Shown here piece by piece: positions 19,807 to 29,186 of a DNA stretch of 64,000 nucleotides (the first letter of the stretch is position 1; each line of letters starts with the position of its first letter). The notes below the pieces were generated by a model, which ran no database searches, was not told the DNA's origin, and saw only the letters and a list, made by a program, of their open reading frames with translations. This DNA is from Syntrophobacterales bacterium. Its GTDB lineage: Bacteria > Desulfobacterota > Desulfobaccia > Desulfobaccales > 0-14-0-80-60-11. A program made the position numbers and the translations under genes. The stretch lies in assembly GCA_023512475.1 (NCBI GenBank), contig JAILZL010000001.1:11516-75515 (forward strand). The letters are read 5' to 3'.

Positions 19807-19835
19807 TTGATTTCCGAGTATGCCGCTATTATAAT
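19807..19835 (+). promoter_or_regulatory. Near-consensus sigma70-type promoter for nifU-nifS (TTGATT-17 nt-TATAAT)
   Basis: -35 at 19807-19812, perfect -10 TATAAT at 19830-19835, 33 nt upstream of ATG 19868, within a local AT-rich patch. Confidence 0.55.
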
Positions 19836-19867
19836 GGAGGCACCGAGAAAAAAGGAAGGATGCACTC

Positions 19868-20392
19868 ATGGCTTATTCGGAAATCGTCATGGATCATTTC
19901 AAGAATCCCCGCAATGTGGGAGAAATCCCGGACGCCGACGGGGTGGGAGAAGTGGGCAACCCCGTGTGCGGGGACATGATGAATGTCTACATCAAGGTGA
20001 AAGACAACGTCATTGAAGACGTGAAGTTCAAGACCTTCGGCTGCGGCGCCGCCATCGCCGTCTCCAGCATGATCACCACCCTGGCCAAGGGCAAGACCCT
20101 GGAAGAGGCCATGAAGATCACCAACAAGGACGTGGCCGAGGCCTTGGGGGGCCTGCCCAAGAACAAGCTGCACTGCTCCAACCTGGGGGCCGACGCTCTG
20201 CACGCCGCCATCAAGAACTATCTGGACCGCAAGGCCGGCAAGGTCCCGGATCTGGCCAAGGACCGGGAGGAACACATCAAAGGGGCCGGCGGGGAGGGCT
20301 GTTACTGCCCCTACTGTCACAAGGAGACCCTGGAGGAAGCGCCCTTCTGCCTCTTCTGCGGGTCTGAAATCCCCCACGAGCACGATCACTGA
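19868..20392 (+). CDS. nifU: NifU/IscU-type Fe-S cluster scaffold with C-terminal Cys-rich (zinc-ribbon-like) extension
   Basis: NPVCGD, FGCGAAIA and LHCS are the three IscU cluster-ligand motifs. The tail carries CYCPYC...CLFCG. Confidence 0.9.
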   Translation: MAYSEIVMDHFKNPRNVGEIPDADGVGEVGNPVCGDMMNVYIKVKDNVIEDVKFKTFGCGAAIAVSSMITTLAKGKTLEEAMKITNKDVAEALGGLPKNKLHCSNLGADALHAAIKNYLDRKAGKVPDLAKDREEHIKGAGGEGCYCPYCHKETLEEAPFCLFCGSEIPHEHDH

Positions 20393-20409
20393 GTCCGGGG
20401 AGGACAGCC

Positions 20410-21576
20410 ATGGCCCTCATTTATCTGGATCACCTCTCCGGCACGCCCCTGCACCCCCGGGTGAAGGAGGCCATGATCGACTGCATCCAAAACGTCTTCG
20501 GCAATCCCGTAAGCGACCACCAGGTGGGCCAGCGGGCCGCCGCCCTGCTGGAGCGGGCCCGGGAACAGGTGGCCGCCCTCATCCACGCCGACCCCGGGGA
20601 GATCGTCTTTGAATCCTGCGGCACCGAATCCATCAACCACGCCATCAAGGGCGTGGCCCTGGGCCTGAGGGAAAAGGGCCGCCGCATCATCACCTCCAAT
20701 ATCGAACACAAAGCCGTCCTCAATTCCCTGCGCACCCTACGGCTCCTGGACTACCAGGTGACCTCCCTGGATGTGGATGCCTACGGGCTGGTGGACCCCG
20801 CCCAGGTGGACAAGGCCATCACCCCGGACACCATCCTGGTGAGCATCATGCTGGCCAACAACGAAATCGGCACCATCGAGCCCATCGCCGACATCGCCAA
20901 AATCTGCAGGAAGCACAAGGTCCTCTTCCACACCGACGCGGTGGACGCGGTGGGGGTCATCCCGGTGGACGTCAAAGACCTGGGGGTGGATCTCCTGTCC
21001 CTGGCCGCCAACCAGTTCTACGGCCCGCCCGGGGTGGGGGCGCTGTACATCAAAAAGGGCACCCCGGTGTGGCCCCTGTTGGACGGCGGCGCCCAGGAGA
21101 ACAAGCGCCGGGCCGGCACCGAAAACCTTTTCGGCATCGTGGGCATGGGAGTGGCGGCGGAAGTGGCCCAAGAGGAGATGGCCGAGCGGGCCCCCCGGAT
21201 GCAGCGCCTGCGGGACAAGCTGCGGGAAGGCCTCCTGGCCCGCATCCCGGAGATCATCATCAACGGCCACCCCACCCAGTGCCTGCCCCATCTCCTGAGC
21301 GTCTCCATCAAGTACATCGAAGGCGAAAGCCTCATGCTCATGCTGGATGAAGAGGGCATCGAGGTGGCCACCCGCAGCGCCTGCGCCTCCGGGTCGCTGC
21401 GGGCCTCCCACGTGCTCATCGCCACCGGCCTGGACTTCGCCACCGCCCAGGGCACCCTGCTCTTCAGCCTGGGCCGGGACACCACCGAGGCGGAGATCGA
21501 CCGGGTCCTGGAGGTCATGCCGCCCATCGTCCAGACCCTGAGGGATATGTCGCCCCTGTACAAGCGGGCCCAATAA
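20410..21576 (+). CDS. nifS: Cysteine desulfurase (NifS/IscS class V aminotransferase)
   Basis: N-terminus IYLDHLSGTP and SNIEHKAV. The active-site loop is ATRSACASG. Adjacent to nifU. Confidence 0.9.
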   Translation: MALIYLDHLSGTPLHPRVKEAMIDCIQNVFGNPVSDHQVGQRAAALLERAREQVAALIHADPGEIVFESCGTESINHAIKGVALGLREKGRRIITSNIEHKAVLNSLRTLRLLDYQVTSLDVDAYGLVDPAQVDKAITPDTILVSIMLANNEIGTIEPIADIAKICRKHKVLFHTDAVDAVGVIPVDVKDLGVDLLSLAANQFYGPPGVGALYIKKGTPVWPLLDGGAQENKRRAGTENLFGIVGMGVAAEVAQEEMAERAPRMQRLRDKLREGLLARIPEIIINGHPTQCLPHLLSVSIKYIEGESLMLMLDEEGIEVATRSACASGSLRASHVLIATGLDFATAQGTLLFSLGRDTTEAEIDRVLEVMPPIVQTLRDMSPLYKRAQ

Positions 21577-21583
21577 AGAGTAA

Positions 21584-21606
21584 GGGGGCCAGGGGTTATG
21601 GCCCCC
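21584..21606. terminator. Hairpin between convergent nifS and apgM-like genes (GGGGGCCA-7 nt-TGGCCCCC)
   Basis: 8-bp perfect stem. T-rich only on the minus-strand side (TTACTCTTTATT). Confidence 0.35.
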
Positions 21607-21705
21607 TGCCCCCATCCCACGACCGGGGTGGAGAGGGAGGTGGACTGAAGGGGGGAGTGCCCCTACTCCCCGGACCTCCCCGCCCCAATTACCTTCCCCC
21701 CGGCC

Positions 21706-22905
21706 TTACCCCCGCTCCACCAGGCGGGGGAGCAGCTCCCAGGCCCGCTCCAGCATCAGCCCCGTGGCGGCGGCCGCGGCCTCGGTGTACGGCCGCTTTA
21801 GGCCGCTCTCCCGGCGGGAATCGTAAAGCACGAAGGGCACCGGTTCAGACGTGTGGGTGCGCACCGCGATGGGGGTGAGGTGGTCACAGAGAACCAGCAA
21901 CCGGAAATCCCCCAGCTGCTTTAGGCCCGCCACCAGCGGCCCCACCACCCGCCGGTCGAAGTCCTCCACCGCCTGGAGCTTGAGGCGCACCTCCCCTTTG
22001 TGGCCCGCCTCATCCGGCGCCTCCACATGCAGAAAGACGAAATCCCCGGTCTGTAGGGCCTCCAGGGCAGCGCTGACCTTGCCCTCGTAGTTGGTGTCCA
22101 GATATCCCGTGGCCCCGGGCACCCGGATGGGGGTGAGACCGGCATAGAGACCGATGCCCCGGATGAGGTCCACGGCGCAGATCACCGCCCCGGTGAGCCC
22201 GAAGCGTTCTTTCAGGGTGGGGAGAGCCGGGGGCCGGCCCTGGCCCCACAGCCAGATGGAGGTGGCGGGGCGCTTGCCTTCCGCCCGGCGGCGCCGGTTG
22301 ACCTCGTGCTCCGCCAGCACCGGCCAGGAGGCCCGGATCAGCTCCCACAGGGGCTCCCGGCCGCCGGCCGCGGTCATCAGGGGGGCGACATCCCGGCCGC
22401 TCCAGTCATGGGGCGGATAGGTCTGCCAGTCCTCCCGGCCCCGGTCCCAGACCAGGAGATGCCGGTAGCTGACCCCGGGGTAGAAATGGCGGCCGTTGTG
22501 CCCCAGGGCCGCCTCCAGGGCCCCGATGAGCTCCCGGGCCTCCTCGCTGGAGATATGACCGGCGGCGTAATCCTCCATGATCAGACGGCTGTCCTCCGGC
22601 CGGAGGGTCACCAGATTGCAGCGGAAGGCCACTTCCTCGGGGCGCAGCTCCACCCCCAGGGCCGCAGCCTCCAGGGGGGCCCGGCCGGTATGATAGCGGG
22701 CCGGATCATAGCCCATCACCGCCAGATTGGCCACATCGCTCCCCGGCTCCATCCCCGGAGGGATGGTGCGGGCCAGGCCCAGCTCCCCCCGGCTGGCCAG
22801 AAAGTCCAGGTTGGGGGTGGCCGCCGCCTCCAGCACCGTGCGGCCGCCCAGTTCCGGAATGGGGTAGTCCCCCATGCCGTCGCCCACCAGAATCACGTAT
22901 TTCAT
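21706..22905 (-). CDS. apgM: Cofactor-independent phosphoglycerate mutase-like protein (ApgM family); possible alternative homoserine kinase
   Basis: MKYVILVGDGMGD N-terminus and PGSDVANL and HVEAPDEAGH metal/phosphotransfer motifs of the alkaline-phosphatase superfamily ApgM group. Last gene of a hom-containing operon. Confidence 0.8.
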   Translation of the reverse strand: MKYVILVGDGMGDYPIPELGGRTVLEAAATPNLDFLASRGELGLARTIPPGMEPGSDVANLAVMGYDPARYHTGRAPLEAAALGVELRPEEVAFRCNLVTLRPEDSRLIMEDYAAGHISSEEARELIGALEAALGHNGRHFYPGVSYRHLLVWDRGREDWQTYPPHDWSGRDVAPLMTAAGGREPLWELIRASWPVLAEHEVNRRRRAEGKRPATSIWLWGQGRPPALPTLKERFGLTGAVICAVDLIRGIGLYAGLTPIRVPGATGYLDTNYEGKVSAALEALQTGDFVFLHVEAPDEAGHKGEVRLKLQAVEDFDRRVVGPLVAGLKQLGDFRLLVLCDHLTPIAVRTHTSEPVPFVLYDSRRESGLKRPYTEAAAAATGLMLERAWELLPRLVERG

Positions 22906-23007
22906 GGATGTGCTCTCATCGCCTCCTGCCGCGCTTCCTTGGCCGCTGAGGAATTTTTATCCTATTTCGGCCGCCGCACCAAGAGGGCCCGCTGCCGGGA
23001 GCCGGAG

Positions 23008-23316
23008 TCAGTCCCCGGGTCCCTCCGCCGGTGCGGCCGCCCTGATCCGCTCCTCCAGCACGTGCCTGATCTCCGTCAGGGTCTCATTGATGCGGAAAAA
23101 GACGATGAAAATTTCGCAGTACAGCCGCACCACCAGCGGCCCCAAGAGGAAGAGGACCAGACCCCAGAAGACATAGGGCCCGCCTCCGTGGGGGGCCGCC
23201 AGCCCCCGGACCACACAGGCCAGTCCCACCACCACCGCCAGCGCCGCCCCCACCCAGAAGACCGCCTGGATGAGGAGAGGCGTGAGCATGGTGCGGAAGG
23301 TGAGAAAATCCCGCAT
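23008..23316 (-). CDS. Small membrane protein (DUF4282-like)
   Basis: Start trimmed to ATG 23316 (MRDFLTFRTMLTP) behind GGAGG. Two hydrophobic helices. Confidence 0.55.
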   Translation of the reverse strand: MRDFLTFRTMLTPLLIQAVFWVGAALAVVVGLACVVRGLAAPHGGGPYVFWGLVLFLLGPLVVRLYCEIFIVFFRINETLTEIRHVLEERIRAAAPAEGPGD

Positions 23317-23345
23317 GCCGCCTCCTTCCCCGCTCCGGGGCACCC

Positions 23346-23528
23346 TTATACCCGGCACTCGCACTTGCCGTCCACCAGGAGGCAATACTCCCTTTTTTTC
23401 TCCTCCGGCAGGGCCTCATACTCCTCTTCGCTGAGAAAACAGTCCAGGGGCAGGCTGGCCATGTCCTCCCGATAGGGGCTGCCCGGCAGGTAGATCTCAC
23501 AATTGCGGTGCACATACATCTTGGCCAT
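23346..23528 (-). CDS. Small hypothetical protein (60 aa, 4 Cys)
   Basis: GGAGGTG lies 7 nt upstream of ATG 23528 (MAKMYVHRNCEIY...). Acidic, with C-terminal CxC. Lies between hom and the membrane protein. Confidence 0.5.
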   Translation of the reverse strand: MAKMYVHRNCEIYLPGSPYREDMASLPLDCFLSEEEYEALPEEKKREYCLLVDGKCECRV

Positions 23529-23649
23529 CTGGCTCACCTCCTGCGGTAAGGCTCAAAATGGGGCGCCCCTCCCATAAGATGGGGCCGCCCTCCCCCCGGG
23601 GCAAGGTGACGCCCCGGGCCGGATCGCGGCGGAGCCGTCCGCCCGGGCC

Positions 23650-24975
23650 TCAGATCCGGGCGCTGTGCAGATGGGGGTCTTCAATGCGATACATCACCGT
23701 GGGGGGGCTGACCACGGGCAGGCGGTCAATCTCGGCCAGGGCCTGCTGCACGTCCGCTTCCCGGGCCTCATGGGTGATCATGACGATGGGCACCGCGCCT
23801 TTGACTTCCCGCCCCTTTTGGATCACCGCGGCGATGCTGATCTGGTATTTGGCCAGCACCCCGGAGATCTGGGACAGCACCCCGGGCCGGTCCAGGGCGG
23901 CGAAGCGGAAGTAATAGTTGGTCACCACCTCCGCCAAGGGCTTGACGGGCCGCCGCCGGGTGAGGGCCGCCTCGGAGCCCAAAGGCGGCAGCCGCCGCCT
24001 GATCCCCAGGCTGAGGTTGCGGGCCACATCCAGAATGTCGCTCAAGACCGCGCTGGCGGTGGGAAGCTGCCCCGCCCCGGCCCCGGAGAGCAACAGCGGC
24101 CCCACCGCATCGCCGATGAGGTGCACCGCGTTCATGGCGCCGCTCACCCCGGCCAGGAGATGGTCCCGGGGGATGAGGGTGGGATGCACCCGGGCCTCCA
24201 GCCTGTCCCCGTCGTTGCGGCTGATGGCCAGAAGTTTCACCGCGTAGCCGAACTCCCGGGCGAACTGCAAATCCAAGGGGTCCAGACCCCGGATACCCGA
24301 AACACTCACCGCCTCAAAATCAATGCGGGTCTCATAGGCCAGGGCCATGAGGATGGCCAGCTTGTGGGCCGCGTCCACCCCGTCCACGTCCAGGGAGGGG
24401 TCGGCCTCAGCATACCCCTGGGCCTGGGCTTCGGCCAGGGCCGTGTCATAGGGGAGATTGTCTTCGGCCATGCGGCTGAGGATGTAGTTGGTGGTGCCGT
24501 TGAGGATCCCCAACAGCTCCTGGAGGCGGTTGGCCGCCAAACCCTGGCGCAGGGCCAGGATAATGGGGATGCCGCCGCACACCGAGGCCTCAAAGGCCAC
24601 CTCCACCCCCGCCTGGGCCGCGGCCTCGAAGATCTCGTTGCCATGCAGGGCCAAGAGCGCCTTGTTGGCGGTGACCACGTGCTTGCCCCGCGCCAGGGCC
24701 GCCAGCACCAGCTCCCGGGCCGTCTCGGTGCCGCCGATGAGCTCCACCACGATGTCCAGGTCGGGATCGTCCAGCAGGTCCTGCGCCCGGGGGGTGAACA
24801 GGGAGGGCGCCAAGCCGGAGGCCGCCGCCCGGGCCGCCTCCACCTCCGCCACCCGGCCCAACACCAAAGGTACCCCCAGGCGGCGTCGGAAGGCCTCGGC
24901 CCGCTCCACCAGGAGCCGGGCCACCCCCTGCCCCACCGTGCCGCAGCCGATGACCCCCACATGGATCGCCGCCAT
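23650..24975 (-). CDS. hom: Homoserine dehydrogenase with C-terminal ACT domain
   Basis: Start trimmed to ATG 24975 (MAAIHVGVIGCGTVGQGV). Also NKALLA and a C-terminal ACT-like region. The 132 upstream codons in track ORF 23650..25371 overlap the aminotransferase. Confidence 0.9.
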   Translation of the reverse strand: MAAIHVGVIGCGTVGQGVARLLVERAEAFRRRLGVPLVLGRVAEVEAARAAASGLAPSLFTPRAQDLLDDPDLDIVVELIGGTETARELVLAALARGKHVVTANKALLALHGNEIFEAAAQAGVEVAFEASVCGGIPIILALRQGLAANRLQELLGILNGTTNYILSRMAEDNLPYDTALAEAQAQGYAEADPSLDVDGVDAAHKLAILMALAYETRIDFEAVSVSGIRGLDPLDLQFAREFGYAVKLLAISRNDGDRLEARVHPTLIPRDHLLAGVSGAMNAVHLIGDAVGPLLLSGAGAGQLPTASAVLSDILDVARNLSLGIRRRLPPLGSEAALTRRRPVKPLAEVVTNYYFRFAALDRPGVLSQISGVLAKYQISIAAVIQKGREVKGAVPIVMITHEAREADVQQALAEIDRLPVVSPPTVMYRIEDPHLHSARI

Positions 24976-24977
24976 GG

Positions 24978-26234
24978 TCAGCGCTCCACCGCAAACAGGG
25001 CCAGTTCCCGGGCGAATTCCCGCTCCATGGCCTCCGCCACCGCCTTGATCTGCTCCTCCGGCATCTTCAGCATCTTCCGGAAGCCCCGCACGGCCTGATT
25101 GGTGCGGTGCACATTCTCCACCAGGGCGAAGCGCACATAATCGTCCCCGAACTCCCCGAAGCCCCGCCCCGGGGAGACCGCCACCTTGGCCTCCCGGAGG
25201 CACAGGATGGAAAAGAGAAACGACTTCATATGGTTGCGGAACTTCCGGGGGATTTTGGCCCAGACGAACATGGTGCCCTTGGGCGGCTCCACCCGCCAGG
25301 GAATGCTGTTCAGCCCCCGGCAGAGGGCATCCCGCCTCTCCTTGTAGGTGGCGACGATCTCCTCCACGCACTCATAGGGGCCGTTTAAGGCGATGATGGA
25401 GGCGATCTGGATGGGCTGGAAGGTGCCATAATCCAGATAGCTCTTGATGCGGGTGAGGGCGTGCACCAGGCGCTTGTTCCCCACCACAAACCCCATCCGC
25501 CAGCCCGGCATGTTGTAGCTCTTGGAGAGGGAGAAGAGCTCCACCCCCACGTCCTTGGCGCCGGGAACCTCCAGGAAGCTGGGGGCCCGGTAACCGTCAA
25601 ACACCAGATCGGCGTAGGCGAAGTCATGGATGACATACATGTCGTGGCGCTTGGCGAAGTCCACAATCTCCCGGAAGAAATCCAGCTCCACGCACATGGT
25701 GGTGGGATTGTGGGGGAAGGAGATGATGAGCATCTTGGGGCGGGGCCGGATGAGCTCGGTGATCTGCACCAAATCCGCCAGGAAGTCCCGTTCGTGGGTC
25801 AGAGGGACGCTCACCAACTGGCCTCCGGCAATCACCACGCTGGCGGCATGGATGGGATAGGTGGGATTGGGGACCAGCACCACATCCCCGGGCATCACCG
25901 TGGCCAGCACCAGATGCGACAGGCCCTCCTTGGCCCCGATGGTGGCGATGGCTTCCGTCTCCGGATCAATGTCCACATTGAAGCGGCGCTTGTACCAGTC
26001 GGAGATGGCCACCCGGAGCTTGGTGATCCCCTTGGAGGCGGAATACCGATGGTTGCTGGGCTTGCCCGCCGCCTCGATGAGTTTGGCCACGATGTGGGCC
26101 GGCGTGCCCATGTCCGGGTTGCCCATACCCAGATCAATGATGTCCTCTCCCCGCCGCCGGGCCTCCATCTTCAGGGCGTTGACCGTGGCGAAGACATACG
26201 GCGGCAGCCGCTTCATACGGGGGAATTCTTCCAT
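24978..26234 (-). CDS. Class I/II pyridoxal-phosphate aminotransferase (alanine/aspartate aminotransferase-like)
   Basis: LPPYVFA, GNPD, NPTYP and a [15 protein letters not shown]-lysine motif. AAGGAGG RBS. Confidence 0.88.
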   Translation of the reverse strand: MEEFPRMKRLPPYVFATVNALKMEARRRGEDIIDLGMGNPDMGTPAHIVAKLIEAAGKPSNHRYSASKGITKLRVAISDWYKRRFNVDIDPETEAIATIGAKEGLSHLVLATVMPGDVVLVPNPTYPIHAASVVIAGGQLVSVPLTHERDFLADLVQITELIRPRPKMLIISFPHNPTTMCVELDFFREIVDFAKRHDMYVIHDFAYADLVFDGYRAPSFLEVPGAKDVGVELFSLSKSYNMPGWRMGFVVGNKRLVHALTRIKSYLDYGTFQPIQIASIIALNGPYECVEEIVATYKERRDALCRGLNSIPWRVEPPKGTMFVWAKIPRKFRNHMKSFLFSILCLREAKVAVSPGRGFGEFGDDYVRFALVENVHRTNQAVRGFRKMLKMPEEQIKAVAEAMEREFARELALFAVER

Positions 26235-26355
26235 AGACCGGCCTCCTTGCGACCAAGGCGCCCCGCCCGAAAGCTGAGCCTCCTGGTCCGAGACGCCCCT
26301 TTCCGGGGACGGCCTCCTGGGTTCTCCAGGGCTAACCGGGCGGAATCGCCGTTGA

Positions 26356-26384
26356 ATTTTACGCCAAGGCTATCTGTCTGTCAA
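26356..26384 (-). promoter_or_regulatory. Near-consensus sigma70-type promoter for the aminotransferase-hom operon (TTGACA-17 nt-TAAAAT)
   Basis: Minus strand: -35 at 26384-26379, -10 at 26361-26356, exact 17-nt spacer, inside a conspicuous AT-rich island (26340-26460). Confidence 0.55.
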
Positions 26385-26537
26385 ATGCACATATTTTACA
26401 AAAAATGAGCAAAAAGCACAAAAATCTGGATTTTATAATACTTGCTAACCGCCGATGATTCAATAAAAATGATGGCATCTGGGGGAGGGCCCCGCGGCGG
26501 CAGGCGGCGGGGCCCCCCTGGGGCCGGAGGTGCAAAG

Positions 26538-27089
26538 ATGGCAGGCGCCCCGCACGACAGGCTGAGCTGGCGGTTATTTCTGCTGGCGCTGGTGGGGCTC
26601 CTCTGGCTGGGCTGCCCCGCCCGGGACAAGCCTCTCAGTCCCGCCGCCGCCGCCTTCCGCCAGGAGATGCGGGAGACCCTGGGAAAGCTGCTGGCCGTCC
26701 TGGTGGAACCGGTCTGCCGCAATGACACCCGCGCCTGTGAGCAGGCCATCATGACCATCTATCCCGAGGCCCCCCGGGATACCCTGACCTTCCCCTTCCG
26801 CCTGGGGATCATCAACCGGGACGGGGTCCTGATTTACAGCATCCCGCCCCTGAGAAACATCGGCGAGGACTACTCCCACTACCAGGCGGTGCGGGAGGCC
26901 TTGAAGAGCCGCCGCATCATCAACGCCCGGCTGTACGCCCCCGACGGCAAAGAAGTCTATCTCATCCTGGCCCCCATGTTCAAAAACCGGCAACTGGCGG
27001 GCCTGTTGGTGCTGCGCCTGGACCCGGGCCTGGTCATGCAGCGCTGGGGCCTCGGTGAAGAGGAATTCCTCGCCGTTGATCTCAATTAG
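26538..27089 (+). CDS. Putative lipoprotein with a PAS/Cache-like periplasmic fold
   Basis: Start trimmed to ATG 26538 behind GGAGG. Lipobox LWLGC. Upstream of the Mla-like transporter genes. Confidence 0.55.
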   Translation: MAGAPHDRLSWRLFLLALVGLLWLGCPARDKPLSPAAAAFRQEMRETLGKLLAVLVEPVCRNDTRACEQAIMTIYPEAPRDTLTFPFRLGIINRDGVLIYSIPPLRNIGEDYSHYQAVREALKSRRIINARLYAPDGKEVYLILAPMFKNRQLAGLLVLRLDPGLVMQRWGLGEEEFLAVDLN

Positions 27090-27203
27090 GGGTCGCCCCC
27101 GCCCCGGGGGCCGGAGGGCGGCGGGAATAAGGGCCCGTCCAGGCGGTGCCACAGCGGGGGCTAAAACCGTGCCCGCCCCCAAGCCGGTTATCTGAGGTGA
27201 GGC

Positions 27204-28367
27204 ATGGCCGTGTCCGCCCCCAAGGCGCATCACTTTACGCTGGGCGTGGCCCAGGAGCCGGGCGAGGGGATCACCCTGACGGTGCAGGGACGCCTCACCC
27301 TGGATAATCTCACCTCCTTCCTGGCGGCCCTGGAGGCGGAAATTGCCCGTCACCGGCCGCAGCAGCTCCGCCTGGACCTGGAGGGTCTGGAATTCCTCGA
27401 CACCGCCGCCACCCTGATGCTCCACCGGCGGGCCGCCGAACTCCGGCGCGCAGGCCTTCCCTGCGAGTTTGTGCGGCTCAGCCCCGAAGCCCGGCGGATG
27501 TTTGCCCTCCTCTCCTGGGAGGAGTTTCTCGCCGCTCCGATCCCGGCACCCAAGCAGCGGGCCTGGTTCCTGGAGCGCCTGGGGGACTGGACCCTGGCTT
27601 TCATCGCCGACGTCGCCGAACTCATCACCTTCACCGGCGGCCTCATCCTGGAGCTCCTCACCGTGCCCTTCCGGCCCCGGCGGGTGCGCTGGGCCGAGGT
27701 CATCACCGCCATGAAACGGGTCGGGGTGGACGGCCTGCCCATCATCACCCTCCTCAGCTTTCTGCTGGGGCTCATCGTCGCCTTCCTGTCCGCCATGCAG
27801 CTCAAGCAGTTCGGGGCCCACATCTATGTGGCCGACCTCACCGCCATCGCCATGGTGCAGGAGCTGGGCCCCATCATGACCGGGGTCATGGTGGCGGGCC
27901 GCTCCGGTTCCTCTTTCGCCGCCGAAATCGGCACCATGAAGGTCAATGAGGAGGTGGACGCCCTGGCCACCATGGGCTTTGACCCGCTGCGTTTCCTGGC
28001 GGTCCCCAAAGTCCTGGCCTGCCTGGTGGTCCTGCCCCTCCTCACCTATTACGCCGACCTCTTCGGCATCCTGGGGGGCATGGTGGTGGGCTTTGTGAGC
28101 CTGGACCTCACCGCCTACACCTTCCTCAAGCAGGTGCAGGCCAGCATCGCCCTGTTCGATATCCTCTACGGCACCGCCAAGAGCTTGGTCTTTGCGGTGC
28201 TCATCGCCGGCATCGGCTGCCAGCGCGGCTTTCAGGTCCGGGGCGGCGCCGAGGCCGTGGGCGCGGCCACCACCTCCGCGGTGGTGGCCAGCATCTTCAT
28301 GATCATCGTGGTGGATTCCGCCTTTGCGGTGGCGCGCCAGTTTTTGCGCCCCTATACCTTCGTGTGA
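27204..28367 (+). CDS. MlaE-family ABC transporter permease with N-terminal STAS domain
   Basis: The N-terminal ~100 aa is anti-sigma-antagonist/STAS-like (LDLEGLEFLDTAA). The C-terminus is MlaE-like with multiple TM helices. Confidence 0.8.
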   Translation: MAVSAPKAHHFTLGVAQEPGEGITLTVQGRLTLDNLTSFLAALEAEIARHRPQQLRLDLEGLEFLDTAATLMLHRRAAELRRAGLPCEFVRLSPEARRMFALLSWEEFLAAPIPAPKQRAWFLERLGDWTLAFIADVAELITFTGGLILELLTVPFRPRRVRWAEVITAMKRVGVDGLPIITLLSFLLGLIVAFLSAMQLKQFGAHIYVADLTAIAMVQELGPIMTGVMVAGRSGSSFAAEIGTMKVNEEVDALATMGFDPLRFLAVPKVLACLVVLPLLTYYADLFGILGGMVVGFVSLDLTAYTFLKQVQASIALFDILYGTAKSLVFAVLIAGIGCQRGFQVRGGAEAVGAATTSAVVASIFMIIVVDSAFAVARQFLRPYTFV

Positions 28368-29173
28368 TGCCGGCTGCGGTGACCGGGAGCCCTCGAGAGC
28401 CAGACGCCGCCCTCCCGGGACGGGACGCCATCATCGTGGTGGAGAACCTCACCTGCGCCTTCGGGGAGCGGGTCATCCTGGAAAAGGTCTCCTTTGAGGT
28501 CTACCGGGGGGAGATCTTCGTCATCCTGGGAGGCAGTGGCTGCGGCAAATCCACCCTGCTCAAGCACCTCATCGGCCTCTATCCGCCTGCGGCCGGCCGC
28601 ATCGTGGTAAACGGCATCGACATCACCTCCGGCGATGAACGGGCCCTGTCCCAGATGCGCCGGGAGATCGGGGTGCTCTTTCAGTCCAGCGCCCTGTTCG
28701 GCTCCATGACCCTGGGGCAGAATATCGCCCTGCCTTTGGAGGAATACACCGATCTGCCCCCGGAGGCCATCGACCTCATTGTGCGCCTGAAGCTCCGGCT
28801 GGTGAACCTGGCGGGCTTTGAGGACTACCTCCCGGAGGAGCTCTCCGGCGGCATGAAAAAAAGGGCCGGGTTGGCCCGGGCCCTGGCCCTGGACCCGGAC
28901 CTCCTCTTCTTCGATGAGCCCTCCGCCGGTCTGGACCCCATCACCGCCGTGGGCCTGGACCAGCTCATCCTCCGCCTCAACGCCGGCCTGGGGGCCACCA
29001 TGGTGGTGGTCACCCACGAACTGCAGTCCATTCTCACCATCGCCCATCGGGTCATCATGCTGGACAAGGAGGCCAAGGGCATCATTGCCATGGGAGAGCC
29101 CCATGATCTCAAGGAGCACTCCACCGACCCCCGGGTGGTGAACTTCTTCCACCGCCGGGCCCCCGAGGGCTGA
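28364..29173 (+). CDS. ABC transporter ATP-binding protein (MlaF-like)
   Basis: Walker A GGSGCGKST, signature LSGGMKKR, Walker B LLFFDEP. Overlaps the permease stop. Confidence 0.9.
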   Translation: MMPAAVTGSPREPDAALPGRDAIIVVENLTCAFGERVILEKVSFEVYRGEIFVILGGSGCGKSTLLKHLIGLYPPAAGRIVVNGIDITSGDERALSQMRREIGVLFQSSALFGSMTLGQNIALPLEEYTDLPPEAIDLIVRLKLRLVNLAGFEDYLPEELSGGMKKRAGLARALALDPDLLFFDEPSAGLDPITAVGLDQLILRLNAGLGATMVVVTHELQSILTIAHRVIMLDKEAKGIIAMGEPHDLKEHSTDPRVVNFFHRRAPEG

Positions 29174-29186
29174 AAGAGGATAGGGT

